A stretch of 38,582 nt of DNA from Sandaracinaceae bacterium (GCA_044220955.1 JBGAQA010000064.1:1-38582); one strand, 5' to 3'; shown: positions 8,828 through 18,120, counted from the stretch's first letter. Translations and numbers: made by a program. Notes: generated by a model not told the origin, from the sequence alone.

Positions 8828-9602
8828 ACGAGTCGCGATCTGCGGCGGGCTCGGCGAGCCCCAGAGGAAACGCGCGCACGGTCAGCAGGTGGAGCGCGCC
8901 CGAGAGCGGGCTCGTGGGCATGCGGCAGAAATAGCGGATGGCCGCCGGCAGCGAGCCGAAGGTGCGCTCGATGGGCGCCCAGCGCGCGCTCGCCGCCACG
9001 TTGGAGCGGATGGGCGCGCGCGCGCGCGGGTCGTCGCGGTACGCGCGCACGTAGCCGAGGAGCCGCTCGTAGTAGCTCGCGTCCTCGATCGTGGCCCAGA
9101 GCTGCTCGCTCTTGGGGTGCGCGCCGCGGATGGCCTGGCGCGTCTGCTCCTCGAGCGCCGCGAGGCCGTCCTCGTGCGCGTCGAGCAGCTGCAGATCGTA
9201 CGCGGGGTTCGCGTGCACGACCTGCAGAAGGTGGTCGATGATCACGTCACGCTCCGCGAGCAACCCCGTCGGATCGACCATCGACGCGGGCTCCTCGAGG
9301 ATCCGAAGCACCTGGTGGAAGGCGTAGCCGATCCGGCGCTCCGTGTAGTACTCGGCCGCCGCGGGCGAGATCCAGAATCGAAGCATGTCGATCGAGCCGA
9401 CGGCCATCTGGACGGACGTCGGGACGCGATCGACGTGGCCGAGCGTCGCGAGGCGCGCGAGCCGCCGGTCGAGCGCATCGCGGTCGCGGTACGCCGCGAG
9501 GGCGCGGGCGAGACGCCGCAGCTTGTCGTGGGCGTCGCGCCGGGTCCCGATCGCCCTGCGCACGAGGCGCAGCGGCGACTCCGTGAGCCGCGCCTCTCTC
9601 AC
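8805..9602 (-). CDS. Hypothetical protein (~265 aa)
   Basis: Protein-like part of ORF 8805..10103, starting at GTG 9602, 5 nt after the ceramidase-like stop; overlaps the serA 3' end by 23 nt. Confidence 0.7.
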   Translation of the reverse strand: MREARLTESPLRLVRRAIGTRRDAHDKLRRLARALAAYRDRDALDRRLARLATLGHVDRVPTSVQMAVGSIDMLRFWISPAAAEYYTERRIGYAFHQVLRILEEPASMVDPTGLLAERDVIIDHLLQVVHANPAYDLQLLDAHEDGLAALEEQTRQAIRGAHPKSEQLWATIEDASYYERLLGYVRAYRDDPRARAPIRSNVAASARWAPIERTFGSLPAAIRYFCRMPTSPLSGALHLLTVRAFPLGLAEPAADRDSFSTGTSR

Positions 9603-9607
9603 TTGCC

Positions 9608-12247
9608 TCAGAGCGTCAGCGTACCGGTGTTGCCGTAGGCGTCGGTCACGGTGAGCGAGGTCGCGCCTGCGCCCGCGTCGATCGAGAGGCTGCCGCTCCC
9701 GTCGACCGACACGCCGGTCATCGTGGTGGTGCCGCTGCCGTTGGTGATCGCGACGTCGACCGTGCCGCCGCGGATCGGCGCGAAGCGGGTGGCGCCCGCT
9801 TGCTCGTCGAGCATGCGGTAGCCGTCCGGCGCGTGGTAGCCGGCGCTGAGCGTGACGCTCGTGCCCGTGCCGCCCGTGCGTCGCACCTCGAGCGCCCCCG
9901 CCACGACCTGGAACTCGCTCGAGTGCAGGGAGTAGCTCGGGCCGACGACGACGATCCGGTACGTCCCGAGCGGCAGGCCGGCGCGCGTGGACGGGTCCTC
10001 GAACCCGACCTGACCGAGCGCTGGCACCGCCTGCCACTCCACCGTCCAGTAGTGGGTGCGCGGCGTGAGCATCTCGTCGTGGTTGAGCGGGTCGGGCGTC
10101 CACGACACGATGAGGTCGCCGTCGCTGACGACGCGACCGCTGCGCCGGGTCAGCGGCGCGAACGTCCCGTCCGACTGGCGCATCTCGATCGACACCTCCG
10201 GCGTGCCGTCGAGGGGATCCGCGCCGACGAAGGTGAAGAACGCGCTCTCGAACCGACGGAGCGTGGCGGGGGGCTGGACCGACGCCGGCATGCGCGGCAA
10301 GAGGCGCGTGGTCAGGTACGCCGGCAGGGTCGCGGGCACCGTGCCTGCCATCGGCGAGACGTCCCGGTGGATCGTGTCCTCCGGCGGGGACGGCACCTGG
10401 ACGTGCGTCTCACCCATCGCGGCGTTCTCGCGCTCGGGCGTCGCCAGCATCGGGAACAGGGCCGCGGTCTGCTCGAGGATCATCTCGCCGTCGAGCGGGC
10501 CCCAGAACGTGATCGTCGGCTCGTAGCCGCCGCGGATCCAGTCCTCCGCGACCATGATGTAGCCGTTGTTGTCCTGCGCGTACCCGACGACGATGTGGTG
10601 GTCGGCGGGGACCGTCGTGACGAGCTCGCGCATCCGATCGGCCGAGAGGGTGATCGGCTCACCCGGCAGCACGCTCATGTACCAGTCGCCGATGCGCAGC
10701 GCGCTGATGGTCGTTCGGGTCGTGTCGCAGATCGGCGCGCGCGTGCCGAGATCGAGCGTGAGCGCGGTCGCCAGCAGGCGCTGGACCGCCTCGATTCGGT
10801 TGCACGACGCGTAGGGCCACTCGATCAGGCGGGCCGTGCCGGGGATCTGGGCCGGCGGGACGAAGGGCCCGTTCGCACCTCCGCAGAGGGCCGCGCCGTA
10901 GGGCGCGTTGAACTCGTCGATGGGCGAGATGATCGCCCCGGTCGCGTCGACGACGTTGCGATCGGCGGGCGTGTAGCCGTCCCAGGGCGTGTAATAGAGG
11001 GCGCCGTTTCGCACCGTGAAGCGGGTCCAGTCGGGGCCGCGCTCGATGGAGCGGGTGAGCATCTCCATCGGAGCGTGCTCAATCATGCTCGCGCCCGCCG
11101 AGTCGTACGCGGCCACGAGGGCGTCGAGCGCGTTCCAGCCCACGCTCTCCTCGCGCATGTAGTCGTGACAGAGGACCGAGCCGCTCGGGCACTCGGTTCC
11201 GCTCTCGAGGCCGACGGGGGAGACGTCGCCTCCTGCCCCTTGCAGGTGCATCACGAGCACCGGGCGGTCGAAGTGCTCCTCGAGCACGCGCTCGACGCCG
11301 CCCGCCGACTCGGTCGAGACGAGGACGTTGTCGGCGCCGTGGATCGTGCCGTGCATCCCGAACACGGGCAGGACGGCGAGCGGCGTGCCGGGGGCGCTCG
11401 GCATGCTCGGATCGTAGGTGTCGACGCGGATCAGGAAGAGGTCGTGGTCATCGCGCCGCCCTCCGCTCAGCGCGTCGTTCTCGTCCCGGCGGTCGCGCGT
11501 CACGTGATCGTCCAGGTCGAAGTTCGCGTCGTGCGCGAACCCGATCCGCGCCGGCGCGCGCGTGCCGAGCGCCTGGCGCGCCACCGCCTCGAGGTCGTCC
11601 ACCATCGCGTCGAACACGGATCGGCGGAAGGGGCCGAACGCGACCTGCATTCCGGAGTGGGCCGTGTAGTTCGCGAACGACGAGTGCGAGTGGCTCGTCG
11701 CGATGACGACCCGGCCGGCGAAGTCGGCGCCGAGGCGTTCCTCGAGCTCGTGCACGAGCCCCTGGTAGGCGATGCCGAGGTCCGCCTTCATCAGGAGCAC
11801 CGTGTCGCCGCACGCGTCCATCGCGCCGGGGGTCCCCGTGCAGCCCGTCGAGATCGCGAGCGCGCGCGCGCGCGGCCAGGTCTCGATGCCGACGGAGGGC
11901 GCGAAGGCGCCGGCGATCTCGGTGCGGCGCTGGTCGATGAAGCCGTCGCTGCCGGCGCCCTCCGCGCGGCCAGCGTAGGCCCCCATCGTCACGCCGATCG
12001 GGAAGTGCAGGAACGACTCGCCGACGCCGGCGAAGATCGGCTCGTCGGCCACGGTCCCACCCGCGTGCGCGGTTGCAGGGATGGGCTCGTACGTGCAGTG
12101 ATCGGTCGAGACCGGCACCGCGGGACCGACGTCCCGCCCCGCGTCCGCGGCCGGCCCGGTGTCGGCGCCGGCGTCGTCGGCCGGGGCGGGTGGAGTCGAA
12201 CAGGCCGAGGCGGCCACGGTGAGCAGGACGAGCCAAGATGCGCGCAC
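9608..12247 (-). CDS. Neutral/alkaline ceramidase-family lipoprotein
   Basis: GTG start with GGAGG and TAGAAT upstream; lipobox ASAC; ATSHSHS, FGMHGT, QGAGGDVSP, PGE, GYAQDNNGY and GGYE match the ceramidase N-terminal domain motifs. Confidence 0.8.
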   Translation of the reverse strand: MRASWLVLLTVAASACSTPPAPADDAGADTGPAADAGRDVGPAVPVSTDHCTYEPIPATAHAGGTVADEPIFAGVGESFLHFPIGVTMGAYAGRAEGAGSDGFIDQRRTEIAGAFAPSVGIETWPRARALAISTGCTGTPGAMDACGDTVLLMKADLGIAYQGLVHELEERLGADFAGRVVIATSHSHSSFANYTAHSGMQVAFGPFRRSVFDAMVDDLEAVARQALGTRAPARIGFAHDANFDLDDHVTRDRRDENDALSGGRRDDHDLFLIRVDTYDPSMPSAPGTPLAVLPVFGMHGTIHGADNVLVSTESAGGVERVLEEHFDRPVLVMHLQGAGGDVSPVGLESGTECPSGSVLCHDYMREESVGWNALDALVAAYDSAGASMIEHAPMEMLTRSIERGPDWTRFTVRNGALYYTPWDGYTPADRNVVDATGAIISPIDEFNAPYGAALCGGANGPFVPPAQIPGTARLIEWPYASCNRIEAVQRLLATALTLDLGTRAPICDTTRTTISALRIGDWYMSVLPGEPITLSADRMRELVTTVPADHHIVVGYAQDNNGYIMVAEDWIRGGYEPTITFWGPLDGEMILEQTAALFPMLATPERENAAMGETHVQVPSPPEDTIHRDVSPMAGTVPATLPAYLTTRLLPRMPASVQPPATLRRFESAFFTFVGADPLDGTPEVSIEMRQSDGTFAPLTRRSGRVVSDGDLIVSWTPDPLNHDEMLTPRTHYWTVEWQAVPALGQVGFEDPSTRAGLPLGTYRIVVVGPSYSLHSSEFQVVAGALEVRRTGGTGTSVTLSAGYHAPDGYRMLDEQAGATRFAPIRGGTVDVAITNGSGTTTMTGVSVDGSGSLSIDAGAGATSLTVTDAYGNTGTLTL

Positions 12248-12362
12248 GAAGAACCTCCGGCGCCCGCATTCTACGCGAGGTGGTGTCCGCCGCGGGACTG
12301 CCAACCCGCTTGCGATGCGACACAACGCACAAGTACGCTGCGGGCAACGTGGGTCCTGGAAC

Positions 12363-13121
12363 GTGAAGCGCATCGCCTCGGGGGTCACCGACATCGGTCG
12401 GCGACGCGTGTCCAACGAAGACGCATTCGGCCTCGACGAGGAGCTGGGGCTCTACGTCGTGGCCGACGGCATGGGCGGTCACGCCGCCGGCGAGGTCGCG
12501 AGCCGCGAGGCCGTCGACACCGTGATCGCCATGGTGCGTCGAGACCGCGCGATCGCGCAGGCGATCTCGGCGGGGGACCGCTCGGCCGAGACGCTTCGGA
12601 AGCTCTCTCGCACGCTGGAGGCGGCCATCCAGGCCGCGACGTACATGGTGTTCGCCATCGCGGAGAACGAGCCCGAGCAGCGCGGCATGGGCACGACGCT
12701 CTCGGCGCTCTGGCTCTGCGACGGCGGCATGGGCGTCGTCGCGCAGGTCGGCGACAGTCGCGTCTACCGCGTCCGTGGCGCGAGCGCAGAGCGCTTGACC
12801 GAAGACCACACGCTCGTCGCGTGGCAGCTCAAGCAGGGCATCATCTCCGCCGCCGAGGCGGAGCGATCGCCGCACAAGAACGTGATCACGCGCGCCGTCG
12901 GGAGCCGGGACTACGTCCAGGTCGACACGAGCACGTTCGAGATCTCACCGGGCGACCGCTTCCTGCTCTGCTCGGACGGGCTGCACGGCTACCTCGTCGA
13001 CGACGAGATCTCGAGCATCATGGAGGGACCCGTCGACATCGTCGCGAAGGCGCTCATCGAGGTCGCCAACACGCGCGGCGGGCGCGACAACATCACCGCG
13101 ATCGTCGTCGAGGTCGTGTAG
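12363..13121 (+). CDS. PP2C/Stp1-family Ser/Thr protein phosphatase
   Basis: TDIGRRR..NED, VVADGMGGHAAGEVAS, MGTT, VGDSR, DHT, LLCSDGL, GGRDNIT. Confidence 0.95.
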   Translation: MKRIASGVTDIGRRRVSNEDAFGLDEELGLYVVADGMGGHAAGEVASREAVDTVIAMVRRDRAIAQAISAGDRSAETLRKLSRTLEAAIQAATYMVFAIAENEPEQRGMGTTLSALWLCDGGMGVVAQVGDSRVYRVRGASAERLTEDHTLVAWQLKQGIISAAEAERSPHKNVITRAVGSRDYVQVDTSTFEISPGDRFLLCSDGLHGYLVDDEISSIMEGPVDIVAKALIEVANTRGGRDNITAIVVEVV

Positions 13122-13149
13122 CCTCGAGGTCTGTTCCCGGATCGACGAC

Positions 13150-13185
13150 GGCGTCGGGCTCGACGGGGCCCGCGCGCCCGACGCC
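13150..13185. terminator. GC-rich hairpin between convergent PP2C and HEAT genes
   Basis: GGCGTCGGGC (13150-13159) pairs with GCCCGACGCC (13176-13185); no U-tract. Confidence 0.3.
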
Positions 13186-13223
13186 GCCCGCGCGTCGAGG
13201 GGGCGGCCCACGCCCCCGGAAGT

Positions 13224-14096
13224 TCAGCCCGGCGGCGGCGCAGGCGCTGCGGCGCGCGCCTCGACCGCAGCGATGGCGGCGCTCAGCGCGCTACGAACCT
13301 GCGGCACTCGCTCCACCGAGAGGCGATGACGGAGGGTGGGCAGCACGAGCGCGTCTCCGACCTGACCCAGGGCCTCGGCCGCGTGCTGGCGGACGCCCCG
13401 ATCCGAGTGGTCCAGCAGCCGCCCTAGCGCGTCCATGCGCTCGGGCGCGTCGAGCCCGGCGATGGCGTTGATGGCCTCGGCCCGCTCCTCGGCCTCGCGA
13501 CCGCTCTCCCGGACGAACGCCTCGAGCGGCCCGAGCGCGCCCGGGTCGCGGATGCGACCGAGCGAGCGCACGACGTCGACGCGCACGCTGCTCTCCGGGT
13601 CGTGGAGCAGGGCCGCGAGCGGGCCGACGGCGCGCGTGTCCCGGATGACGCCGAGCGCGAGCGTCGCCCACTGCCGGGCCGAGGCGTCCGTGTCCGAGAG
13701 GAGCTCGATCAGCGCAGGAACGGCCGCCGGATCGGGCAAGCGCCAGATCGCCGCAGCGGCCACGACGCGCACGTCGACGACCGGATCGCGCAGCGCGCGC
13801 ACCAGGTCGGGCACGGAGTCGCGCGCCGCCAGGCGACCGAGCGCGCGCCCCGCCGACGCGCGGACCTCCCACTGCGGGTCCTCGCGAACGAGCCGCCGCA
13901 GGACGGGGACGAGCTCGGCGCGATGCGATGACGCACGGCGCCCGAGCGCCTCGGCGGCGGTCGCGCGCGCGGTGGCGTCGGTGCCCGTCAGCTGGGTGAA
14001 GTTCGCCTGGTAGTCCTCCGCGGACATCTCCTGCGCGGCCGCGCAGCGAGGCGCGAGGAGCAGTGCGAGCGCGAGTGCGTAGGCGGCGAGCTTCAT
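13224..14096 (-). CDS. Exported HEAT/PBS-lyase repeat protein
   Basis: Signal peptide MKLAAYALALALLLAPRCAAA followed by repeated L.D....VR..A..ALG.. motifs. Confidence 0.88.
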   Translation of the reverse strand: MKLAAYALALALLLAPRCAAAQEMSAEDYQANFTQLTGTDATARATAAEALGRRASSHRAELVPVLRRLVREDPQWEVRASAGRALGRLAARDSVPDLVRALRDPVVDVRVVAAAAIWRLPDPAAVPALIELLSDTDASARQWATLALGVIRDTRAVGPLAALLHDPESSVRVDVVRSLGRIRDPGALGPLEAFVRESGREAEERAEAINAIAGLDAPERMDALGRLLDHSDRGVRQHAAEALGQVGDALVLPTLRHRLSVERVPQVRSALSAAIAAVEARAAAPAPPPG

Positions 14097-14220
14097 GACG
14101 TATGCGGCGTGAGGCGCCCACGGCGCGTGCAACCGAGCCGGGATCCCCCGTCGAAAATCCTAACACAGACGGCGCGCGCGCCGCTGGCATTCAACGCGCG
14201 GCCCTCGGTGCAGCGGCCCG

Positions 14221-15969
14221 TCAACGCGCCGCGCTACGGCCGCCGTCCCGGACGAGCTCGCGCAGCTCGGGGAAACCCGCGAAGTGCTGCATGATCGCCG
14301 CCGCACGCTGGGCGATCTCGTCCGACAGGGTGTTGTGACGTCGATCGAGGTCCGTGTTCTGGGCGCGCATCGCGCCGAGCTCGACGTCCTCGGCGGCGTT
14401 CATCCCGCCGAGGCGCCCCTTCATCTGCGAGACCTGGAAGCGCAGATCCTCGCGCTCGCGCTCCCGCACGCGGAGCTTGTCGGAGAGGGCCTGCACGAGC
14501 TGGTCGGCCTCGAGCCAGGCGGCGGCCAGCATGCCGGCGCTGCGGAGCTCGGTCGCGACCTCGCGATCCACGATCGCCTTGCTGCTGCGCACGATGTCGA
14601 GCGCGCGGGCGAGGGGCGCCTCGCTCGTCGCGTGCCGCTGCCGCGCCTCGGCGAGCTGCCTGTAGAGGTCGTCGATCTCGCCCGCGGCGCGCGACTCGTC
14701 ACGGCTCAGCTCGTCGATCGCGCGTCCGAGCCGGAGCCGCACGTTGCGGACCTCTTGCTCACGCGCGGTCGTCGACGTGCCGACCACCGCGAGGTCGCGC
14801 TCGAGCGACCGCGCGTCGGCGATGCGCCGCCCGAGCTCGTCGATCGCCTGCGTCAGCCACGGGGGCGGCTGAGGTCCGTGAGCGCGGCGGGCGAGGTCCG
14901 CGAAGAAGCGCAGGCGCTCGTCCCACGCGGCGGGGAGCTGCGCGCCCGCCGCGAGCGGCGAGATCGACGGCCCACCCACCGCAGGCGCGGCGCTCGCGCC
15001 GGCACCGGGCACTCCGATGACGCCCGAGGCGGGGGGCGTCGACGGGATGGTGTCGTGACGCCCCGAGATCGACGCCCGTCCGAGCGACGAGGGCAGCGAC
15101 TCGGCGATCTTGCGCAGCATCAGCTTCTTCACCAGATGATCGAGCGCGTCTGGGATGCCGCGCGCCTTGCTGCTCGCGGCGGGGGCGGGCTCGCGCATGT
15201 GCTTCAGGATCAGGTCGGGGGTCGAGCCCTGGAACGGCAGCTGGCCCGTGAGCATGTGGAACAGCACGCAGCCGACGGAGTACAGGTCGGCGGCGAAGGT
15301 GAGCGGAGCGCCGCGCGCTTGCTCGGGCGCCATGTACTCCGGCGTGCCGAACACCGCGCCGGTGGCCGTGAGGCGCAGCTCGCCCTTCATGTGCGCCAGG
15401 CCGAAGTCGAGCAGCTTCACGTAGTCGCGGCGGCTCTGGTTGCTGACGAGGTAGATGTTGTCCGGCTTGATGTCGCGGTGAATGACGTCGAGCTCGTGCG
15501 CGCGCGCGAGCGCGGAGGCGATCTGCGTCGTGATGTCGACCGCCCGCGTGATCGAGATGGGACCGTTGGCCAGCTCCGCGGCGAGGGGCTTGCCCTCGAG
15601 CAGCTCCATGACGAGGTACACCATCCCGTCCTCGGTCTCGCCGTAGTCCGTGATGTCGATGATGTGCTCGTGGTCGATCCGGTTCGCGGCCTTCGCCTCG
15701 CGCAGGAAGCGGCTCCGGTTGGTCGGGTCGACCGCCAGGTCGGGGTTCAGGAACTTGATCGCGACGTCGCGCCCGAGCACCTCGTGTCGCGCCCGGAACA
15801 CGGTGCCGAAACCTCCGGCCCCGAGCTTCTGCGTGACGACGTAGTGCCCGCCGATGGCGCGCCCGAGCATCGGGTCCGGCAGGTCCCGGAGCGGGGTACC
15901 GTCGAACGGGCAGACGCGGGGATTCCCTTTGTCCTTGTACCGCCCGCCGCAGACGTCGCAGACCTTCAC
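14221..15969 (-). CDS. Hanks-type Ser/Thr kinase with N-terminal Zn-ribbon-like motif and C-terminal coiled coil
   Basis: GTG 15969; CDVC..CPFD; GAGGFG, VAIK, HRDIKPDN, DFG, GTPEYMAPE, DLYSVG; helical C-terminus with no TM segment. Subdomain XI appears deleted. Confidence 0.92.
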   Translation of the reverse strand: MKVCDVCGGRYKDKGNPRVCPFDGTPLRDLPDPMLGRAIGGHYVVTQKLGAGGFGTVFRARHEVLGRDVAIKFLNPDLAVDPTNRSRFLREAKAANRIDHEHIIDITDYGETEDGMVYLVMELLEGKPLAAELANGPISITRAVDITTQIASALARAHELDVIHRDIKPDNIYLVSNQSRRDYVKLLDFGLAHMKGELRLTATGAVFGTPEYMAPEQARGAPLTFAADLYSVGCVLFHMLTGQLPFQGSTPDLILKHMREPAPAASSKARGIPDALDHLVKKLMLRKIAESLPSSLGRASISGRHDTIPSTPPASGVIGVPGAGASAAPAVGGPSISPLAAGAQLPAAWDERLRFFADLARRAHGPQPPPWLTQAIDELGRRIADARSLERDLAVVGTSTTAREQEVRNVRLRLGRAIDELSRDESRAAGEIDDLYRQLAEARQRHATSEAPLARALDIVRSSKAIVDREVATELRSAGMLAAAWLEADQLVQALSDKLRVREREREDLRFQVSQMKGRLGGMNAAEDVELGAMRAQNTDLDRRHNTLSDEIAQRAAAIMQHFAGFPELRELVRDGGRSAAR

Positions 15970-16026
15970 GGGACCCCCGACTGGACCCGCAGCGTACACT
16001 CTTGCTGCATCGCCGGGCAACGAGCA

Positions 16027-16065
16027 CAACACATTGTTGACAGTGCCGATGCGGGAAAACATAGA
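16027..16065 (+). promoter_or_regulatory. Sigma-70-type -35 (TTGACA) overlapped by palindrome CAACA-N3-TGTTG; candidate promoter/operator of the Rrf2 operon
   Basis: TTGACA 16037-16042; inverted repeat 16027-16039; AT-rich island in a GC-rich background; weak -10. Confidence 0.5.
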
Positions 16066-16080
16066 GAGAGCCAGGACGGC

Positions 16081-16539
16081 TTGAAACTGTCGAACAAAGG
16101 GCGGTACGGCGTGTGCGCGATCTTCGACATCGCGTTCCACAACGACGGTCGGGCGACCCAGATCAAGGAGATCGCCGAGCGACAGGCCATCCCCGCGCGC
16201 TTCCTCGAGCAGATCTTCCAGGATCTCAAGCGCGCGGGCCTCGTCGCGTCCCGGCGCGGTCCCCGCGGGGGCTACCAGCTCACCAAGCCCGCCGCCGAGA
16301 TCCGGATCGGGGACATCGTCCGCGCCCTCGAGGGCCCGATCGAGCTGGCGCCGCGCGGCGAGGCCGGCGACTCCGAGGGAGACGCGACGAGCCGCACCGT
16401 CGCCGAGGAAGCGTTCGCGGACGTCTCGCGGCGCATCGAGGCGTGCTTCGACGCCGTCACCATCGAGGCGCTCTGCGCGCGCGGCGAGGCGCTGGGTTTC
16501 CGTCGCAAGCCCCCGAACCGCTACGTGTACGTGATCTGA
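16081..16539 (+). CDS. Rrf2-family transcriptional regulator, CymR-like
   Basis: TTG start MKLSNKGRYG; IKEIAERQAIPARFLEQIF..LKRAGLVASRRGPRGGY; no IscR three-Cys cluster; C-terminal YVYVI. Confidence 0.92.
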   Translation: MKLSNKGRYGVCAIFDIAFHNDGRATQIKEIAERQAIPARFLEQIFQDLKRAGLVASRRGPRGGYQLTKPAAEIRIGDIVRALEGPIELAPRGEAGDSEGDATSRTVAEEAFADVSRRIEACFDAVTIEALCARGEALGFRRKPPNRYVYVI

Positions 16540-16540
16540 C

Positions 16541-17392
16541 ATGGCCGCCGTCGTCGAGAGTGTCCTGTCCCTGATGCAGGGCACACCGCTCGTGCGGCTG
16601 CGGATGGGCGGGCCCGCCGCCGTGTGGGCCAAGTGCGAGCACTTGCTCCCGAGCGGATCGCTCAAGGACCGCGTGGCCGACGCGGCGCTCGCCCGTTCCG
16701 GCGCCCGCGCCGGGGACGCGGTCGTGGTCGCGTCGAGCGGCAGCAGCGCCGCGGCGCTCGCGATCGCCGCCAGGCTGCGCGGGGTGAAGCTCGTCGCGGC
16801 GATGCCCCGGAGCATGGCCCTCGAGAAGCGCAGCCTGCTCCGCGCGCTCGGCGCCGAGCTCGTCCTCACCGAGCCCGAGCAGGGCATGCAAGGCGCACGA
16901 ACGACGGCCGCGCGCATCGCGCGCGAGCGGGGCGTGCCGCAGGTCCGCATCGACGAGGAGGACGGGGCGCGCGTCATCGCGGACGAGATGGTCGCGGCGC
17001 TCGGGGCGGTGCCGGACGCCGTCGTCGTCGGCGCCGGCTCGGGAGCGACCGCGCGCGCGATCGCGGCAGGAATGCGCGCGCATGGCGGCACCCGGGTGGT
17101 CGCCGTGCGCGCCACGAGCCCCACGACGCGGATCGCCGGACTCTCGGCGGACCCCGTCCGCGGGATCGACGACACCCGGACGGTCGAGGACGCGCTCGCC
17201 TGGAGCACGGCGCGGCGCCTCGCCCGCGAGGAGGGCTTGCTCGTCGGCCCGAGCGCCGGCGCCTGCGCGTGGGTCGCCTGCGAGCTGGCGAGCGAGCTGC
17301 CGGCGAGGGCCTGCGTCTGCACGCTGCTCGCCGACACGGGAGAGCGCTACTTCTCGATCGCGCAGTTCTTCGCGCAGGAGCCGCACCGGTGA
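16541..17392 (+). CDS. Degenerate cysteine synthase (CysK-like PLP fold II) protein
   Basis: TPLVRL, SGSLKDR (PLP Lys), EEGLLVGPSAG and DTGERY retained; TSGNT reads SSGSS, the QFxN segment is absent, GTGGT reads GSGAT; only 283 aa. Confidence 0.85.
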   Translation: MAAVVESVLSLMQGTPLVRLRMGGPAAVWAKCEHLLPSGSLKDRVADAALARSGARAGDAVVVASSGSSAAALAIAARLRGVKLVAAMPRSMALEKRSLLRALGAELVLTEPEQGMQGARTTAARIARERGVPQVRIDEEDGARVIADEMVAALGAVPDAVVVGAGSGATARAIAAGMRAHGGTRVVAVRATSPTTRIAGLSADPVRGIDDTRTVEDALAWSTARRLAREEGLLVGPSAGACAWVACELASELPARACVCTLLADTGERYFSIAQFFAQEPHR

Positions 17393-18120
17393 TCGATCGG
17401 GTGCTCGTCATCGGCGCCGGGGGCCTGGCGACGCCCGTCCTCTCGATCCTCGCGCGCAGCGTGGATGCCGCGGTGACGCTCGTCGACGACGACGTCGTGG
17501 ACGAGACGAACCTGCACCGGCAGCTGCTCTACCGCGACGAGGACGTGGGGCGCGCGAAGCTCGACGCGGCTCGCGAGCGGGTGCGCGAGGTGGCGCGCGG
17601 CGCGGGACGTGCGCTCGAGGTTCGCACGATCGAGGGCCGCTTCACGCCCGAGTGCGCCCTGCGCCTCGCCCGCGAGCACGACCTGGTCTTCGAGGGCGCG
17701 GACAACCTCGCGACCAAGTTCCTGGCCGCCGACGCAGCCCACCTCGCCGGCCGGCCGATCGTGCAGGCCGGCGTCGTCCGGTGGGCCGGCTGGGCGCTCG
17801 CGACCTCGCCGCGAGGGGGGGGCGCGTGCCTGCGCTGCGTCTTCGAGGACGTCCCGACCGATCGGGTCGAGACCTGCGCGAGCGCCGGCGTCGTGGGCTC
17901 CGTCGTGGGCGTCGTCGGCGCGCTCGCGGCGGCGCTCACGGTCCGCGCCTTGCTGGGCGACCCGGCGGTCGGGGGCACGCTCCATCACCACGACGCGCTC
18001 GCGGGCACGCTACGACGCCGTCACGCCCGACCACGTCCGGACTGTCCTCTCTGCGGTGCTCGTGCCAGCATCCGCGCGATCGACGAGACGCGCTACGCGC
18101 CCGTGGCGTGCGCGTCTTGA
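17389..18120 (+). CDS. MoeB/ThiF-family adenylyltransferase lacking the N-terminal Arg-finger segment
   Basis: GTGA overlap with the upstream stop; starts directly at VLVIGAGGL; DDDVVDETNLHRQ, GADN, CLRC, TCASAGVVG, CPLC; no rhodanese domain. Confidence 0.9.
   Translation: MIDRVLVIGAGGLATPVLSILARSVDAAVTLVDDDVVDETNLHRQLLYRDEDVGRAKLDAARERVREVARGAGRALEVRTIEGRFTPECALRLAREHDLVFEGADNLATKFLAADAAHLAGRPIVQAGVVRWAGWALATSPRGGGACLRCVFEDVPTDRVETCASAGVVGSVVGVVGALAAALTVRALLGDPAVGGTLHHHDALAGTLRRRHARPRPDCPLCGARASIRAIDETRYAPVACAS

Noticed and set aside
16081..16539. Calling the Rrf2 protein IscR or NsrR
   Set aside because: The three Fe-S-ligating Cys are absent from the expected region; context and C-terminal tail fit the CymR type.
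14221..17337. 1038-aa kinase ORF as given in the track
   Set aside because: The N-terminal ~456 aa is the antisense of the Rrf2 and CysK-like genes; the real start is most likely GTG 15969.
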